Source: Clostridia bacterium (GTDB lineage: Bacteria > Bacillota > Clostridia > Oscillospirales > QAKW01). Taken from it: a stretch of DNA of 64,000 bases. Shown here one piece after another: positions 8,467-17,036 of the stretch (the first letter of the stretch is position 1; each line of letters opens with the position of its first letter). A program made the translations under genes and the position numbers. The stretch is from contig JAFSHF010000024.1 in assembly GCA_017440465.1 (NCBI GenBank), positions 298-64,297 on the forward strand, read 5' to 3'. The notes under the pieces were generated by a model that was given only the letters and a program-made list of their open reading frames with translations, did no database searches and was not told the DNA's origin.

Positions 8467-9395
8467 CGCAGTAATTCTCCCATCTCTGCAATGAAGCAGG
8501 TTTTTACCAGATTTTCATTGCCGTTTTGCTTTAGCATATTAATTGTATCCAGCGTCAGCGCTGCGATTTTATACAGTTGCTCCAACCTCATTCTACCTAA
8601 AAAAGGCTTGATTTGCAAGACACTTTCCAAAAAAACAATATTTTCCTCGCCGCTGCCGGTCTTATACAAAAGAAAGTCATGCGCCAGCCGAGAAAAGCTG
8701 CTCAGAAAGACAACAAAATCCCCTTTGGGCAGCGCAGCAAGCATCCGATCCGCCTCCAGCATTTTATTGCGGCAGAGCTTACCCAAAAAGCGAATACCAA
8801 GGTCGCCGTAGGTCAGCAGATTGCCGCCCTCTAAATATTCCATCGCCTTACCGAGATTGCCGCCCGCCGCCTTCAGCAACGTTTCGATCCGCTCGGCTTC
8901 GGGATAGCGTTCTCTCAAAAAGGGAACGCCCTCTTCCGCTGAAATCGGTTGCATCTCCCAAATGACGCAGCGGGAACGAATGGTCGCCAGCATCTCTTCG
9001 CGGGAGGATGCCAGAAGCAAAAAGACCGCGTGCGCCGGCGGCTCTTCCAAAATCTTTAAAATCGCATTCTGCCCGTTCTCATTGAGCTTTTCGCATTGGT
9101 CGATGATCAACACCTTTTTGGGTGCTTGGTTGGGCAAGGTATAGGCTTCGCGGCGAAATTCCCGCACCGCGTCCACAGGGATGTTCTTGCCCGCATCCTT
9201 CGGTGCCAGCCAAAGAACATCGGGATGGATATCCTGCAACGCCAACCCTGCGCGGTCTTCCGTCAGTTTGGCGGCAAAGATGCGCGCCAAGGTCTTCTTG
9301 CCGCTGCCCGCCGCGCCCGCGATCAGATAAGCGTGGGCAAAATTGCCCCGCTCCAATTCTTTTTTGATTTCTTGATTTCCCAGCAGTTTATTCAT
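8463..9395 (-). CDS. holB: DNA polymerase III delta-prime subunit
   Basis: AAA+ motif HAYLIAGAAGSGKKTLA. Conserved holB-yaaT order. Confidence 0.85.
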   Translation of the reverse strand: MNKLLGNQEIKKELERGNFAHAYLIAGAAGSGKKTLARIFAAKLTEDRAGLALQDIHPDVLWLAPKDAGKNIPVDAVREFRREAYTLPNQAPKKVLIIDQCEKLNENGQNAILKILEEPPAHAVFLLLASSREEMLATIRSRCVIWEMQPISAEEGVPFLRERYPEAERIETLLKAAGGNLGKAMEYLEGGNLLTYGDLGIRFLGKLCRNKMLEADRMLAALPKGDFVVFLSSFSRLAHDFLLYKTGSGEENIVFLESVLQIKPFLGRMRLEQLYKIAALTLDTINMLKQNGNENLVKTCFIAEMGELLR

Positions 9396-10461
9396 AGATC
9401 CGCTCCACTGTTCCGTTGATCTGCAGCGGCGAAAGCGCGATCACCATTGTTTGACCGGGGCGGATCTCCAGCCCCGAAACATCAAAGAAGCTATGGGTGG
9501 TGGCAGGACGCCCGATCATTTTGGCGATCTTACCGTCCACCGTTCCGAAGACCGCAGGTTTCTTCAACAGCAGTTTAAGATCGTGGAAAAGATAGCGGGC
9601 GATATCCATCAAGCGGAAAAGATCTCTCCGCTCGCTTTGGTAAAACCCATCCGCCGAGCCGAGGCCCACCACCGCAACGGTGGTTTCTTTCTTTAATTTA
9701 TAAACCGAGCCGTAGCCGATATTACTGCCCGCAGGCAGAGTACGCACCGAAAGAACCTCCGCTTCCAGCCGCTCGGCTTGCTTTAAAGGCAGACTTGTGG
9801 CGACAGGCAACCGCCCGATCAACGCCGAGCCGATCCGCACCGCATCCAAGGCAAAGCCGCCCTTGACCGCGGCGGTGGAATTGGCGATATGCCGCATCGG
9901 AACCTGCAGACCGCGGTTGGTCAACTCTTCGCAGACCCCATCAAACAATGCCTTTTGCTTTTGGGCAGACCCATCCGCCAAAAAAGCACTGCTCAGATGG
10001 CTGAAGATGCCGCAGATCTCCAAGCCCTTTTGGGCAAAGACGGCGGCGACGGCATCGATTTCGGCAGGCAAAAAGCCGAACCGACCCATTCCGGTATCGA
10101 TCTTGATATGCACCCTGGCTTTTTTGCCTTGGGCGATCGCCTGCGCCGAAAGTTCTTGCGCGAAGGCAAGGTCGCCGACGGTGCAGGTGATCTCTTTTTC
10201 CAAAATGGCAGAAATTGCATTTTCGCCCACGCAGGAAAGAAGCAAGATCTCCACCCCCTGCCCGCTCAAGGACAGGGCTTCTTCCAAGCGGCTGACCGCT
10301 ATTAAAGAGCAGCCTTCTCCCTTGAGAATCTCAAAAAGCCCTTGAGCACCCAAGCCATAGCCGTTGGCTTTCAGCACCGGAATGATCGGCACACCGCAAT
10401 GCTTCTGCAACAGCCGATAATTATCGATAATATCTTGTTTTTGAATGATCAGTTTTGCCAT
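9388..10461 (-). CDS. Alanine-racemase-fold PLP enzyme (non-canonical active site)
   Basis: PLP-lysine motif PVLKANGYGLG and C-domain GYGSV...GLGSADGF. The canonical R-x-G-x-A-L/M-Y-G segment reads VRIGSALIG, so the Tyr is absent. Confidence 0.7.
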   Translation of the reverse strand: MAKLIIQKQDIIDNYRLLQKHCGVPIIPVLKANGYGLGAQGLFEILKGEGCSLIAVSRLEEALSLSGQGVEILLLSCVGENAISAILEKEITCTVGDLAFAQELSAQAIAQGKKARVHIKIDTGMGRFGFLPAEIDAVAAVFAQKGLEICGIFSHLSSAFLADGSAQKQKALFDGVCEELTNRGLQVPMRHIANSTAAVKGGFALDAVRIGSALIGRLPVATSLPLKQAERLEAEVLSVRTLPAGSNIGYGSVYKLKKETTVAVVGLGSADGFYQSERRDLFRLMDIARYLFHDLKLLLKKPAVFGTVDGKIAKMIGRPATTHSFFDVSGLEIRPGQTMVIALSPLQINGTVERIYE

Positions 10462-10485
10462 TCTAAAACCCCTAATTTAAAAATT

Positions 10486-11544
10486 TTAACCTCTGTGTCT
10501 TAATTTAAATAAAATTCCGTTGATCTTGCGATAGACCTTGCTACCCCATTTGGACCACGCCAGCATCGCCTTATTATAGACCAGATCCATCTCGCCGATG
10601 AACTCGGTGAACTCGCCGTTGAAGCCTTTCTTAAAGCGGTAGAGCCCATAAAGAGGGTTGTCCTCCGAAAGGTCGCCTGAAACACCGCGGAAATCATAGA
10701 CCCGCGCGCCCCGCTCGATCGCCCATTTGATCATCTCCCATTGCAGCAGATAGTTGGGCATATAGTTGCGGTGTTCGTTGGAGGAGGCACCGTAGAGATA
10801 CCAGACCTTGTCCCCATACCCGATGGCAAGAGTGCCTGCGATGGCGACCCCATCCAGATACGCCATATACAGCCGCGCGTGATCGCCCAGCTCCCGCATC
10901 ATCCGGCGGAAATAATCCTCGGTACGGACCACAAATCCATCCCGAGAGCCGGTGGTCACCATGATCCGATGGAAATCGGGCAATGCCTCTTCCCCGCAGA
11001 TCTTGACTTCCACGCCTTTTTTGATGGCGACGCGGATATTATATCTCCATTTTTGATGGAAGGAGGCGAGCATCTCCTCTTCCCCGCGCCCTTGCAGGTA
11101 CAGGCGGAAAACAAACTTCGGCTGGATCCCCTCAAAGTTCTTGGAGCGGTTGGGGGCGGTAAAGCCCAACTTTTGGCAGATGGCATAGAATTCTTCATCA
11201 TCCGCCTTGGTATCGGTATCGATCTTCAAGGAGCAGGCGCGGTATTTCTTGCCCACTTCCTTGGCGGCGTTGACCAGCTTGGTCACCATCGCCTCATCGT
11301 GCAGATCGCAGACAGGGCCGCGGCAGGAATACATAATCGCCGTCCCCGGCACCTTGCGGATCAAAAGACCCATCGAGCCGGCAATTTCGCCCTTTTCATC
11401 CCGCTCGATGATGGCTTCAAACTCCCATTCCTTTTTCAGCCGCGCCCATTCCACCGATTGGGCAAAATGCCCCTTGGGATGACGCTCCAAAAATGCTTCG
11501 TATTCCGCGACCGCGGCAGGATTTTTAATATCTAATAATTCCAT
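10486..11544 (-). CDS. FemAB-family peptidoglycan interpeptide-bridge aminoacyltransferase
   Basis: ORF 10486..11565, trimmed to ATG 11544, which is preceded by AAGGAG. FemAB-like length and sequence (HFAQSVEWARLK..., YDFRGVSG). Confidence 0.8.
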   Translation of the reverse strand: MELLDIKNPAAVAEYEAFLERHPKGHFAQSVEWARLKKEWEFEAIIERDEKGEIAGSMGLLIRKVPGTAIMYSCRGPVCDLHDEAMVTKLVNAAKEVGKKYRACSLKIDTDTKADDEEFYAICQKLGFTAPNRSKNFEGIQPKFVFRLYLQGRGEEEMLASFHQKWRYNIRVAIKKGVEVKICGEEALPDFHRIMVTTGSRDGFVVRTEDYFRRMMRELGDHARLYMAYLDGVAIAGTLAIGYGDKVWYLYGASSNEHRNYMPNYLLQWEMIKWAIERGARVYDFRGVSGDLSEDNPLYGLYRFKKGFNGEFTEFIGEMDLVYNKAMLAWSKWGSKVYRKINGILFKLRHRG

Positions 11545-11636
11545 ACTGAACTCCTTAAAGAACATATTTATCCATAATAATTCAATTTAGTATAACACTT
11601 TTTTAAGGGAATGTAAACCAATTTTAAAAAATACCT

Positions 11637-11665
11637 TTGCAATTTCCTGAAAAATCGATTATAAT
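11637..11665 (+). promoter_or_regulatory. Sigma-A type promoter for the DUF1858 gene
   Basis: TTGCAA (11637-11642), a 17-nt spacer, then TATAAT (11660-11665). Confidence 0.5.
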
Positions 11666-11698
11666 ATTGTTGAAATAAATAAAAAGGAGATTAATACA

Positions 11699-11893
11699 AT
11701 GGTAACGAAAGATATGATCATTGCCGAAGTTTTGGATAATTATCCCCAGACCGCACCGCTCTTTTTGGAGATCGGTATGCATTGCCTGGGTTGCCCCTCC
11801 GCCCGCGGCGAGAGCGTGGAGCAGGCCTGCATGGTGCACGGCGCCGATTGCGACGCGCTGATCGAAAAGATCAACGCGATGATCGCAGAATAA
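11699..11893 (+). CDS. DUF1858 / hybrid-cluster-protein-associated redox disulfide domain protein
   Basis: 64 aa with MHCLGCP and the conserved ESVEQACMVHG. Confidence 0.75.
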   Translation: MVTKDMIIAEVLDNYPQTAPLFLEIGMHCLGCPSARGESVEQACMVHGADCDALIEKINAMIAE

Positions 11894-11988
11894 GAAATCA
11901 AAAATGATGCGAAGCATCGCATCATTTGCCGCAAGGCAACCATCATTGGCATCTGCCGACATCATTTGCACCTTGGCGCAAACATCAT

Positions 11989-12020
11989 AAAAATCCGCTT
12001 CTTTCGAAGCGGATTTTTTA
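11989..12020. terminator. Bidirectional terminator between convergent genes
   Basis: AAAAATCCGCTTC-TTTC-GAAGCGGATTTTT with A/T runs on both sides. Confidence 0.7.
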
Positions 12021-12035
12021 ATGTGTGTCCCGGAT

Positions 12036-12245
12036 TTATTTGAGTTTTCTCGGTTCGTTGGTCAGACCCAGAATATAATCTGCCGAAACGTTAAAATGCT
12101 TTGCCAATAAGATCAATTTTTGCCCGTCAATATCTGATTTTCCAAGTTCTATTTTACTATATTGCTGCTGTGTGGTTTTAATAATCTGCGCCATATCCTT
12201 TTGCAAAAGATCGTTGTCTTCGCGCAAATCTTTAATGCGATACAT
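12036..12245 (-). CDS. XRE-family helix-turn-helix transcriptional regulator
   Basis: 69 aa with an HTH_3-like segment LLQKDMAQIIKTTQQQYSKIELGKS. Confidence 0.85.
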   Translation of the reverse strand: MYRIKDLREDNDLLQKDMAQIIKTTQQQYSKIELGKSDIDGQKLILLAKHFNVSADYILGLTNEPRKLK

Positions 12246-12274
12246 TATCCACTCCCCCTTTTTTCAAATTATAC

Positions 12275-12322
12275 CATACACCTTAAAATTGTATTGACAT
12301 ATACAACTAATAGGTGTATGAT
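12275..12322 (+). promoter_or_regulatory. Promoter with flanking 9-bp inverted repeat (candidate XRE operator)
   Basis: TTGACA (12294-12299), a 17-nt spacer, then TATGAT (12317-12322). CATACACCT (12275-12283) is the reverse complement of AGGTGTATG (12312-12320). Confidence 0.45.
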
Positions 12323-12345
12323 AATGTTATGAGGGAGGTATTTTT

Positions 12346-12609
12346 ATGAACGAATTAAACTATTTTTTGGATCCGATATTTTTGGAACGCGCGCTTTCCG
12401 CGCCGCCCGACAGCGAAAGTTATCAACGAAAAAATAAGCACCATCGGGAAGCAATCCAAAAACTAAACGACCAACTAACATCGGAAGAACGGCAATTATT
12501 CTTTGATATCGAAGATTCTTATAATTCTTTGCGAAGCGACGAACTGATCTCTGCCTATCTTCAAGGACTGCGAGACGGTGCCTCGCTTTTGAAAACTTTA
12601 TTACTCTGA
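12346..12609 (+). CDS. Small uncharacterised helical protein divergent from the XRE regulator
   Basis: 87-aa ORF with a strong SD (GAGGGAGG). I do not confidently recognise the family. Confidence 0.55.
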   Translation: MNELNYFLDPIFLERALSAPPDSESYQRKNKHHREAIQKLNDQLTSEERQLFFDIEDSYNSLRSDELISAYLQGLRDGASLLKTLLL

Positions 12610-12683
12610 ACCCTTTACTTTTTTAAAAAACTATGCTATAATACAGAAAATGTGTTCCGTATGGTACAGATTGGAGGGGTTTG

Positions 12684-13301
12684 ATGAGCAGATCTCCGCT
12701 GAAAGAGTTGTTTTTATGGGAAGGGGTTGCGCCGGAAACGGTGGACACTTGCCTCAAAGAACTTTCGGTGCCGAAAACCTTTGAAAAGGGCGAAATCATC
12801 TATAGCGAGCGGGATTTTCCCCGCGCCTTTGCGGTGGTGCTTTCGGGCAAGATCGCCATCTGCTCCCACAGCGGTGCCGCGATGCGCACCTTGGAGCAGG
12901 GCGCGATCTTCGGCGTGACGGCGCTGTTTGGCAACGAGCGGTATGCCACCACCATCTCGGTGGTCTCCCGCGCCAAACTGCAATTCATCGAAGAGAAGCA
13001 GTTGACCCGCTGGATGGCGCGCGATCCGCAGATCTCGATGAACTATATTCGGTTGCTGCACCGCAAAATTCTCTATCTCAACGAGAAGATCCGGCTCTAC
13101 ACCGAAGGCTCGGTGGAGGAGCGGCTGATGGATCATATCGCGGCGCACACCGCCCCCGACGGTGAGATCCACTTCCCCGGCGGGCTGGCATCGGTGGCGC
13201 GGGAGCTGAACGTCGGGCGGACCAGCCTTTACCGCACGCTGGACACCTTAGCGGAAAAGAACATTATTTATAAAGAAGACCAGAAATGGTTTAAAAAGTA
13301 A
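12684..13301 (+). CDS. Crp/Fnr-family transcriptional regulator
   Basis: cNMP-binding-like N-domain and C-terminal HTH (GRTSLYRTLDTLAEKNII). ATG 12684 is preferred over TTG 12681 because of its spacing to GGAGG. Confidence 0.85.
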   Translation: MSRSPLKELFLWEGVAPETVDTCLKELSVPKTFEKGEIIYSERDFPRAFAVVLSGKIAICSHSGAAMRTLEQGAIFGVTALFGNERYATTISVVSRAKLQFIEEKQLTRWMARDPQISMNYIRLLHRKILYLNEKIRLYTEGSVEERLMDHIAAHTAPDGEIHFPGGLASVARELNVGRTSLYRTLDTLAEKNIIYKEDQKWFKK

Positions 13302-13318
13302 TAAAGGAGAACAAAGAA

Positions 13319-14260
13319 ATGAAAAACTTTAAAAGAATTGTTGCAATCGTTTTAGCGCTGACCTGCGCCTTGGCACTCTTCACCGCCTGCCAAAAGGCGG
13401 AACCGGAAGTGGCACCCAAGATCTATGCCATCAGCGGCCCCACCGGTGTGGGTATGGTGAATTTGATGGAAGACTACGACATCACCCTTTCTTCCGCTCC
13501 CGAAGAGGTGGTCGGCAAGGTTGCCAACGGCGAAGCCAATATCGCCGCCGTTCCCACCAATGTGGCATCCACCCTTTATAAGAAACTGAACGGCGAACTG
13601 AAGGTGCTCTGCGTCAACACCTTGGGCGTTCTTTACATTATGGATAAAGACGGTTCCGTCAAGAGTTTTGCCGATCTGGAGGGCAAGACCATCTACACCA
13701 TGGGTGAAGGTGCCAACCCCCAATACACGCTGGAATATCTCTTGAAGAAGAACAATGTCAACGCTACCTTGAAATTTGCCGCCACCAACGATGAGTTGGT
13801 TGCCAAGATGGCATCGGGCGAAGCGCAGATCGCGATGGTTCCCCAGCCGGTTGCCACCACCGCGGCCGCCAAGACCGGCTTCAAGATCGCTTTGGATGTG
13901 ACCGCCGAATGGGATAAGGTCAGCGAAGACAGCCAACTGATGATGGGCTGCATCGTGGTTCGCAACGACTATCTGCAAGCCAATCCCAAGACGGTGGAAA
14001 CCTTCCTTGCCGATTATAAGGCATCCATCGAGGCGGTCAACGCCGATGTTCCCGCCGCCGCCGCGCTCTGCGAGCAATATAAGATCATCCCCGCCGCCGC
14101 GGTTGCCGAAAAGGCCATTCCCAAGTGCAACATCGTCTATCTCGACGGTGCGGAGATGAAGAGCGGTCTGGAAGGCTACCTGAAGGTGCTCTTTGATGCC
14201 AACCCCGCCTCCATCGGCGGTGCGTTGCCTGCTGCCGATTTCTACTACAGCGCAAAATAA
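13319..14260 (+). CDS. ABC transporter substrate-binding lipoprotein (NMT1/ThiY-like, NitT/TauT type)
   Basis: Lipobox LFTAC. Periplasmic-binding fold of about 300 aa. Matching permease and ATPase genes lie downstream. Confidence 0.75.
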   Translation: MKNFKRIVAIVLALTCALALFTACQKAEPEVAPKIYAISGPTGVGMVNLMEDYDITLSSAPEEVVGKVANGEANIAAVPTNVASTLYKKLNGELKVLCVNTLGVLYIMDKDGSVKSFADLEGKTIYTMGEGANPQYTLEYLLKKNNVNATLKFAATNDELVAKMASGEAQIAMVPQPVATTAAAKTGFKIALDVTAEWDKVSEDSQLMMGCIVVRNDYLQANPKTVETFLADYKASIEAVNADVPAAAALCEQYKIIPAAAVAEKAIPKCNIVYLDGAEMKSGLEGYLKVLFDANPASIGGALPAADFYYSAK

Positions 14261-14273
14261 TCAAGAAATCATC

Positions 14274-14308
14274 AAAGCCCTTCTTGCAAAAAGAAGGGCT
14301 TTCTTTTA
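14274..14308 (+). terminator. Hairpin (attenuator or terminator) after the binding-protein gene
   Basis: AAAGCCCTTCTT-GCAAA-AAGAAGGGCTTT followed by CTTTTAT. Confidence 0.55.
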
Positions 14309-14334
14309 TAATATTTCAAAAAGGAGGGATCGAA

Positions 14335-15174
14335 TTGCTGGGTTTGGTTCTGGAAGGGGGCGCGATGCGCGCCATTTATACTGCGGGAGTCTTGGATGTT
14401 TTTATGGAACAAAATATTTGGCCCGATGGGTTGATCGGTGTTTCCGCCGGCGCCATCCACGGCAGTGTCTATCTGGGCAATCAGCCGGGGCGAACCATCC
14501 GTTATTACAAAAAATACAGCCGCCATAAAAACTTTATGAGTTTTTATTCCCTGCTGACCACCGGCGATCTGGTGGGAGAGCAATTTTGCTACCACGACCT
14601 GCCCGATTTTTTAGATCCGTTCGACTACGATACCTTTGCCCAATCCAAAACCGCCTACTACGTCACCTGCACCGATCTGGACAGCGGCAAAGCAATCTAC
14701 CGCCGCTGTACCGATCTGCATCAAGAGATGGAGTATATGCGCGCCTCGGCATCGATGCCCTATGTTTCCAAAATTGTGAAGATCGAGGGGCAAAAACTTT
14801 TGGACGGCGGGGTTGCCGACAGTATTCCCCTAAAGGCCTTTCAGCAGATGGGATACGATAAAAATATTGTTGTCCTGACCCAATGCGAAGGCTACCGCAA
14901 AAAGCCCCAAAAGCCTTGGCTTGCCAAGCTCTTTTATAGAAAATATCCCCGCTTTATCGATACGCTTTTACATCGGCACACCGCTTATAACCAAAGCGTG
15001 CGGGATGTAGAAGATGCCGCCGCAAAGGGCGACGTCTTTTTGATCCGCCCCTCGCAAGACCTCAAGATCGACCGGATGGAGCGGGATCCTGCCCGTCTGG
15101 AGGCGCAATATAATTTAGGGCGCGCCGATGCGCTTGCCGCATTGCCCGCCTTAAAGGAATGGATGAATCGATGA
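14335..15174 (+). CDS. Patatin-like phospholipase
   Basis: Oxyanion-hole-like EGGAMRA, nucleophile GVSAGA (GxSxG) and the dyad Asp in LLDGGV. The track start (TTG 14284) lies inside the hairpin. TTG 14335 lies 6 nt after AAGGAGGG. Confidence 0.8.
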   Translation: MLGLVLEGGAMRAIYTAGVLDVFMEQNIWPDGLIGVSAGAIHGSVYLGNQPGRTIRYYKKYSRHKNFMSFYSLLTTGDLVGEQFCYHDLPDFLDPFDYDTFAQSKTAYYVTCTDLDSGKAIYRRCTDLHQEMEYMRASASMPYVSKIVKIEGQKLLDGGVADSIPLKAFQQMGYDKNIVVLTQCEGYRKKPQKPWLAKLFYRKYPRFIDTLLHRHTAYNQSVRDVEDAAAKGDVFLIRPSQDLKIDRMERDPARLEAQYNLGRADALAALPALKEWMNR

Positions 15175-15923
15175 AAAAAATGCTTGATATGCCGATCTGG
15201 CTGAAAAAATCGCTGGGCGCGCTCTTTTGGCTGGCGCTCTGGTGGCTGATCAGCCTCATCATCAATAAAGAATTATTAGTCCCCTCCCCTGCCCAAACGG
15301 TGGCGGTGCTGGGGGTTCTTCTGGCGCAGCCCTCCTTTTGGTATGCCGCCGCCCTTTCGATGCTGCGGATCTTATTGGGCTTTGCCCTTGCCGCCCTGCT
15401 GGGAACGGTCGGCGGAATCCTTGCCGACCGCTGCCCGCCCTTTGATTGGCTCTTTTCCCCGCTGTTGCACCTGATTCGTTCGGTGCCGGTGGCATCCTTT
15501 ATCATCTTAGCCTTGGTATGGATCCACACCCCTTGGCTGCCGGTCTTTATCTCCTTTTTGATGGTTTTGCCGCTCTTTTGGGGCAACATCCGCACCGGTA
15601 TGGCGCATACCGATAGTAAGGAACTCGAGATGGGCAAGGTCTTGGGGCTCTCCCGCGGCAAGATCTGGAAGAGGATCCGCCTGCCCGCCTTGAAGCCCTA
15701 TTTCCGCTCCGCCTGCGTGACCGGGTTGGGCTTTGCTTGGAAAAGCGGGGTTGCCGCCGAGGTCATCTGCCGCCCCGATCTTTCGCTGGGCGATCTTTTG
15801 CAAAGCGCGAAACTGCAGTTGGAGACCCCGACGGTCTTTGCATTAACCATCGTTATCGCCATTCTTTCACTCCTTTTGGAATTGGCTTTAAATGCTTTAT
15901 GGAAGGAGGGTGAAGAACAATGA
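15171..15923 (+). CDS. ABC transporter permease (NitT/TauT family)
   Basis: Polytopic, with an EAA-like loop (GKVLGLSRGKIWKRIRLPALKP). ATG 15171 forms an ATGA overlap with the patatin stop. ATG 15159 is also possible. Confidence 0.8.
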   Translation: MKKMLDMPIWLKKSLGALFWLALWWLISLIINKELLVPSPAQTVAVLGVLLAQPSFWYAAALSMLRILLGFALAALLGTVGGILADRCPPFDWLFSPLLHLIRSVPVASFIILALVWIHTPWLPVFISFLMVLPLFWGNIRTGMAHTDSKELEMGKVLGLSRGKIWKRIRLPALKPYFRSACVTGLGFAWKSGVAAEVICRPDLSLGDLLQSAKLQLETPTVFALTIVIAILSLLLELALNALWKEGEEQ

Positions 15924-16474
15924 TTCAATTAAAAAATATTTCCTTTTCTTATCCCGAAAAAGAAGTGCTAAAGGACTTTTCTTTCACCCTCGGCAAAACC
16001 GAGCGCATCGCGCTGATGGGCCCCTCCGGTTGCGGCAAGACCACACTACTGCGGCTGATTATGGGCTTGGAAACCGCCCAAAGCGGCGAGGTGCAAGGAC
16101 TGCCCCATCCGGTTGCCGCGGTCTTTCAAGAGGACCGCCTGCTGGCGCATCTTTCCGCCTTGGAAAATGCTGCCCTTGCGGGCGAAGATCCCCAAAGAGC
16201 AGAAAAAATCTTAACCGCGCTGGGCTTGGGTGAGGAACTCCATAGCAAGCCCGATGCCCTATCGGGCGGGATGCGTCGACGCGTCGCCATCGCCCGCGCC
16301 CTTTGCACCGATTCTTCCCTTTTAATTTTGGACGAAGCCTTTAACGGCTTGGACGAAGAGACCAAAAAGCAAACCGCAAAGGTCATCTTGAGCGAATGGA
16401 ACGGCGCGATCTTAGCGGTCACCCATCTACCCGAAGAAGCGGCACTTTTAGAGGCAGAAATCCTGCAAATTTAA
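15920..16474 (+). CDS. ABC transporter ATP-binding protein (compact, 184 aa)
   Basis: Walker A GPSGCGKTT, signature LSGGMRRRV, Walker B LLILDEAF, H-loop VTH. ATGA overlap with the permease gene. Confidence 0.85.
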   Translation: MIQLKNISFSYPEKEVLKDFSFTLGKTERIALMGPSGCGKTTLLRLIMGLETAQSGEVQGLPHPVAAVFQEDRLLAHLSALENAALAGEDPQRAEKILTALGLGEELHSKPDALSGGMRRRVAIARALCTDSSLLILDEAFNGLDEETKKQTAKVILSEWNGAILAVTHLPEEAALLEAEILQI

Positions 16475-16479
16475 GTCAA

Positions 16480-16515
16480 AATCGCGGTGTAATTTTACAC
16501 CGCGATTGCTTTTTT
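16480..16515 (+). terminator. Rho-independent terminator
   Basis: AATCGCGGTGT-loop-ACACCGCGATT followed by GCTTTTTT. Confidence 0.7.
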
Positions 16516-16544
16516 GTATATTTTTTTATGGTTCGGGCAATCTA
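16516..16544 (+). promoter_or_regulatory. Candidate forespore sigma (sigma-G-like) promoter of spoVAC
   Basis: GTATA, a 17-nt spacer, then CAATCTA. Compared with the recalled consensus GHATR-N17/18-CATXHTA. Confidence 0.3.
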
Positions 16545-16566
16545 CCCTTGAGGTGATCAAAACGCT

Positions 16567-17001
16567 ATGAACAAGCAGGAATATAATCGTTTTTTAAAGA
16601 CCCGCACCCCCAATTCCCCCATTGGCAAAGACTGCCTTTGGGCATTTACGGTAGGTGGCGGCATCTGCTGTATCGGGCAGGGCATCAATGATCTTTTGAG
16701 CCTTTGGCTGCATACCGACGAAGTAAAGCTCTGGGTACCCATTTGTATGGTCTTCTTAGGCGCATTCTTCACCGCGCTGGGTGTTTATGACAAGCTCGCC
16801 AAGCACGCGGGCGGCGGCACCATCATCCCCATCACCGGCTTTGCCAATTCCGTCGCCAGCGCCGCCATCGAATTTAAACACGAGGGCTTTATCCTTGGGC
16901 TTGGTGCAAAAATTTTCACCATCGCAGGCCCTGTCATTGCCTACGGCACCTTGGCGAGCGTGGTTTATGGAATTATTTATTGGATTTTTAAAATGATATA
17001 G
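16567..17001 (+). CDS. spoVAC: Stage V sporulation protein AC
   Basis: 144 aa with the conserved PITGFANSVASAAIEFKHEGFILGLGAKIF. Confidence 0.85.
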   Translation: MNKQEYNRFLKTRTPNSPIGKDCLWAFTVGGGICCIGQGINDLLSLWLHTDEVKLWVPICMVFLGAFFTALGVYDKLAKHAGGGTIIPITGFANSVASAAIEFKHEGFILGLGAKIFTIAGPVIAYGTLASVVYGIIYWIFKMI

Positions 17002-17036
17002 AAAAAGGCTTGAGCGTATCGCTCAAGCCTTTTTCT
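17002..17036. terminator. Terminator hairpin A (left border of the AT-rich block)
   Basis: AAAGGCTTGAGCG-TAT-CGCTCAAGCCTTT followed by TT. Shares AAAGGCTTGA and TCAAGCCTTTTT with the hairpin at 21638-21671. Confidence 0.7.

Noticed and set aside
10741-11535. Other long antisense or off-frame track ORFs. Examples are 10741..11535, 13352..14077, 21907..22680, 30638..31543, 38274..39218, 57971..58774 and 15062..15661.
   Set aside because: Each lies fully inside a gene with clear family motifs on the opposite strand or in another frame, and each has biased low-complexity composition.
11894-11990. CATCAT-containing repeats as a mini-CRISPR or tandem-repeat array
   Set aside because: The repeat unit is only 6 nt, with irregular spacers of 13-17 nt. 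There is no longer conserved repeat and there are no cas genes.
12036-12609. XRE regulator plus small ORF as a toxin-antitoxin pair
   Set aside because: The genes are divergent rather than co-transcribed, and the small protein shows no toxin-family motif that I recognise.
14335-15174. Patatin-like phospholipase as a CBASS-type defence effector
   Set aside because: No cyclic-nucleotide synthase, SMODS/CD-NTase, E1/E2/JAB or other signalling partner is nearby. The gene is translationally coupled to ABC transporter components instead.
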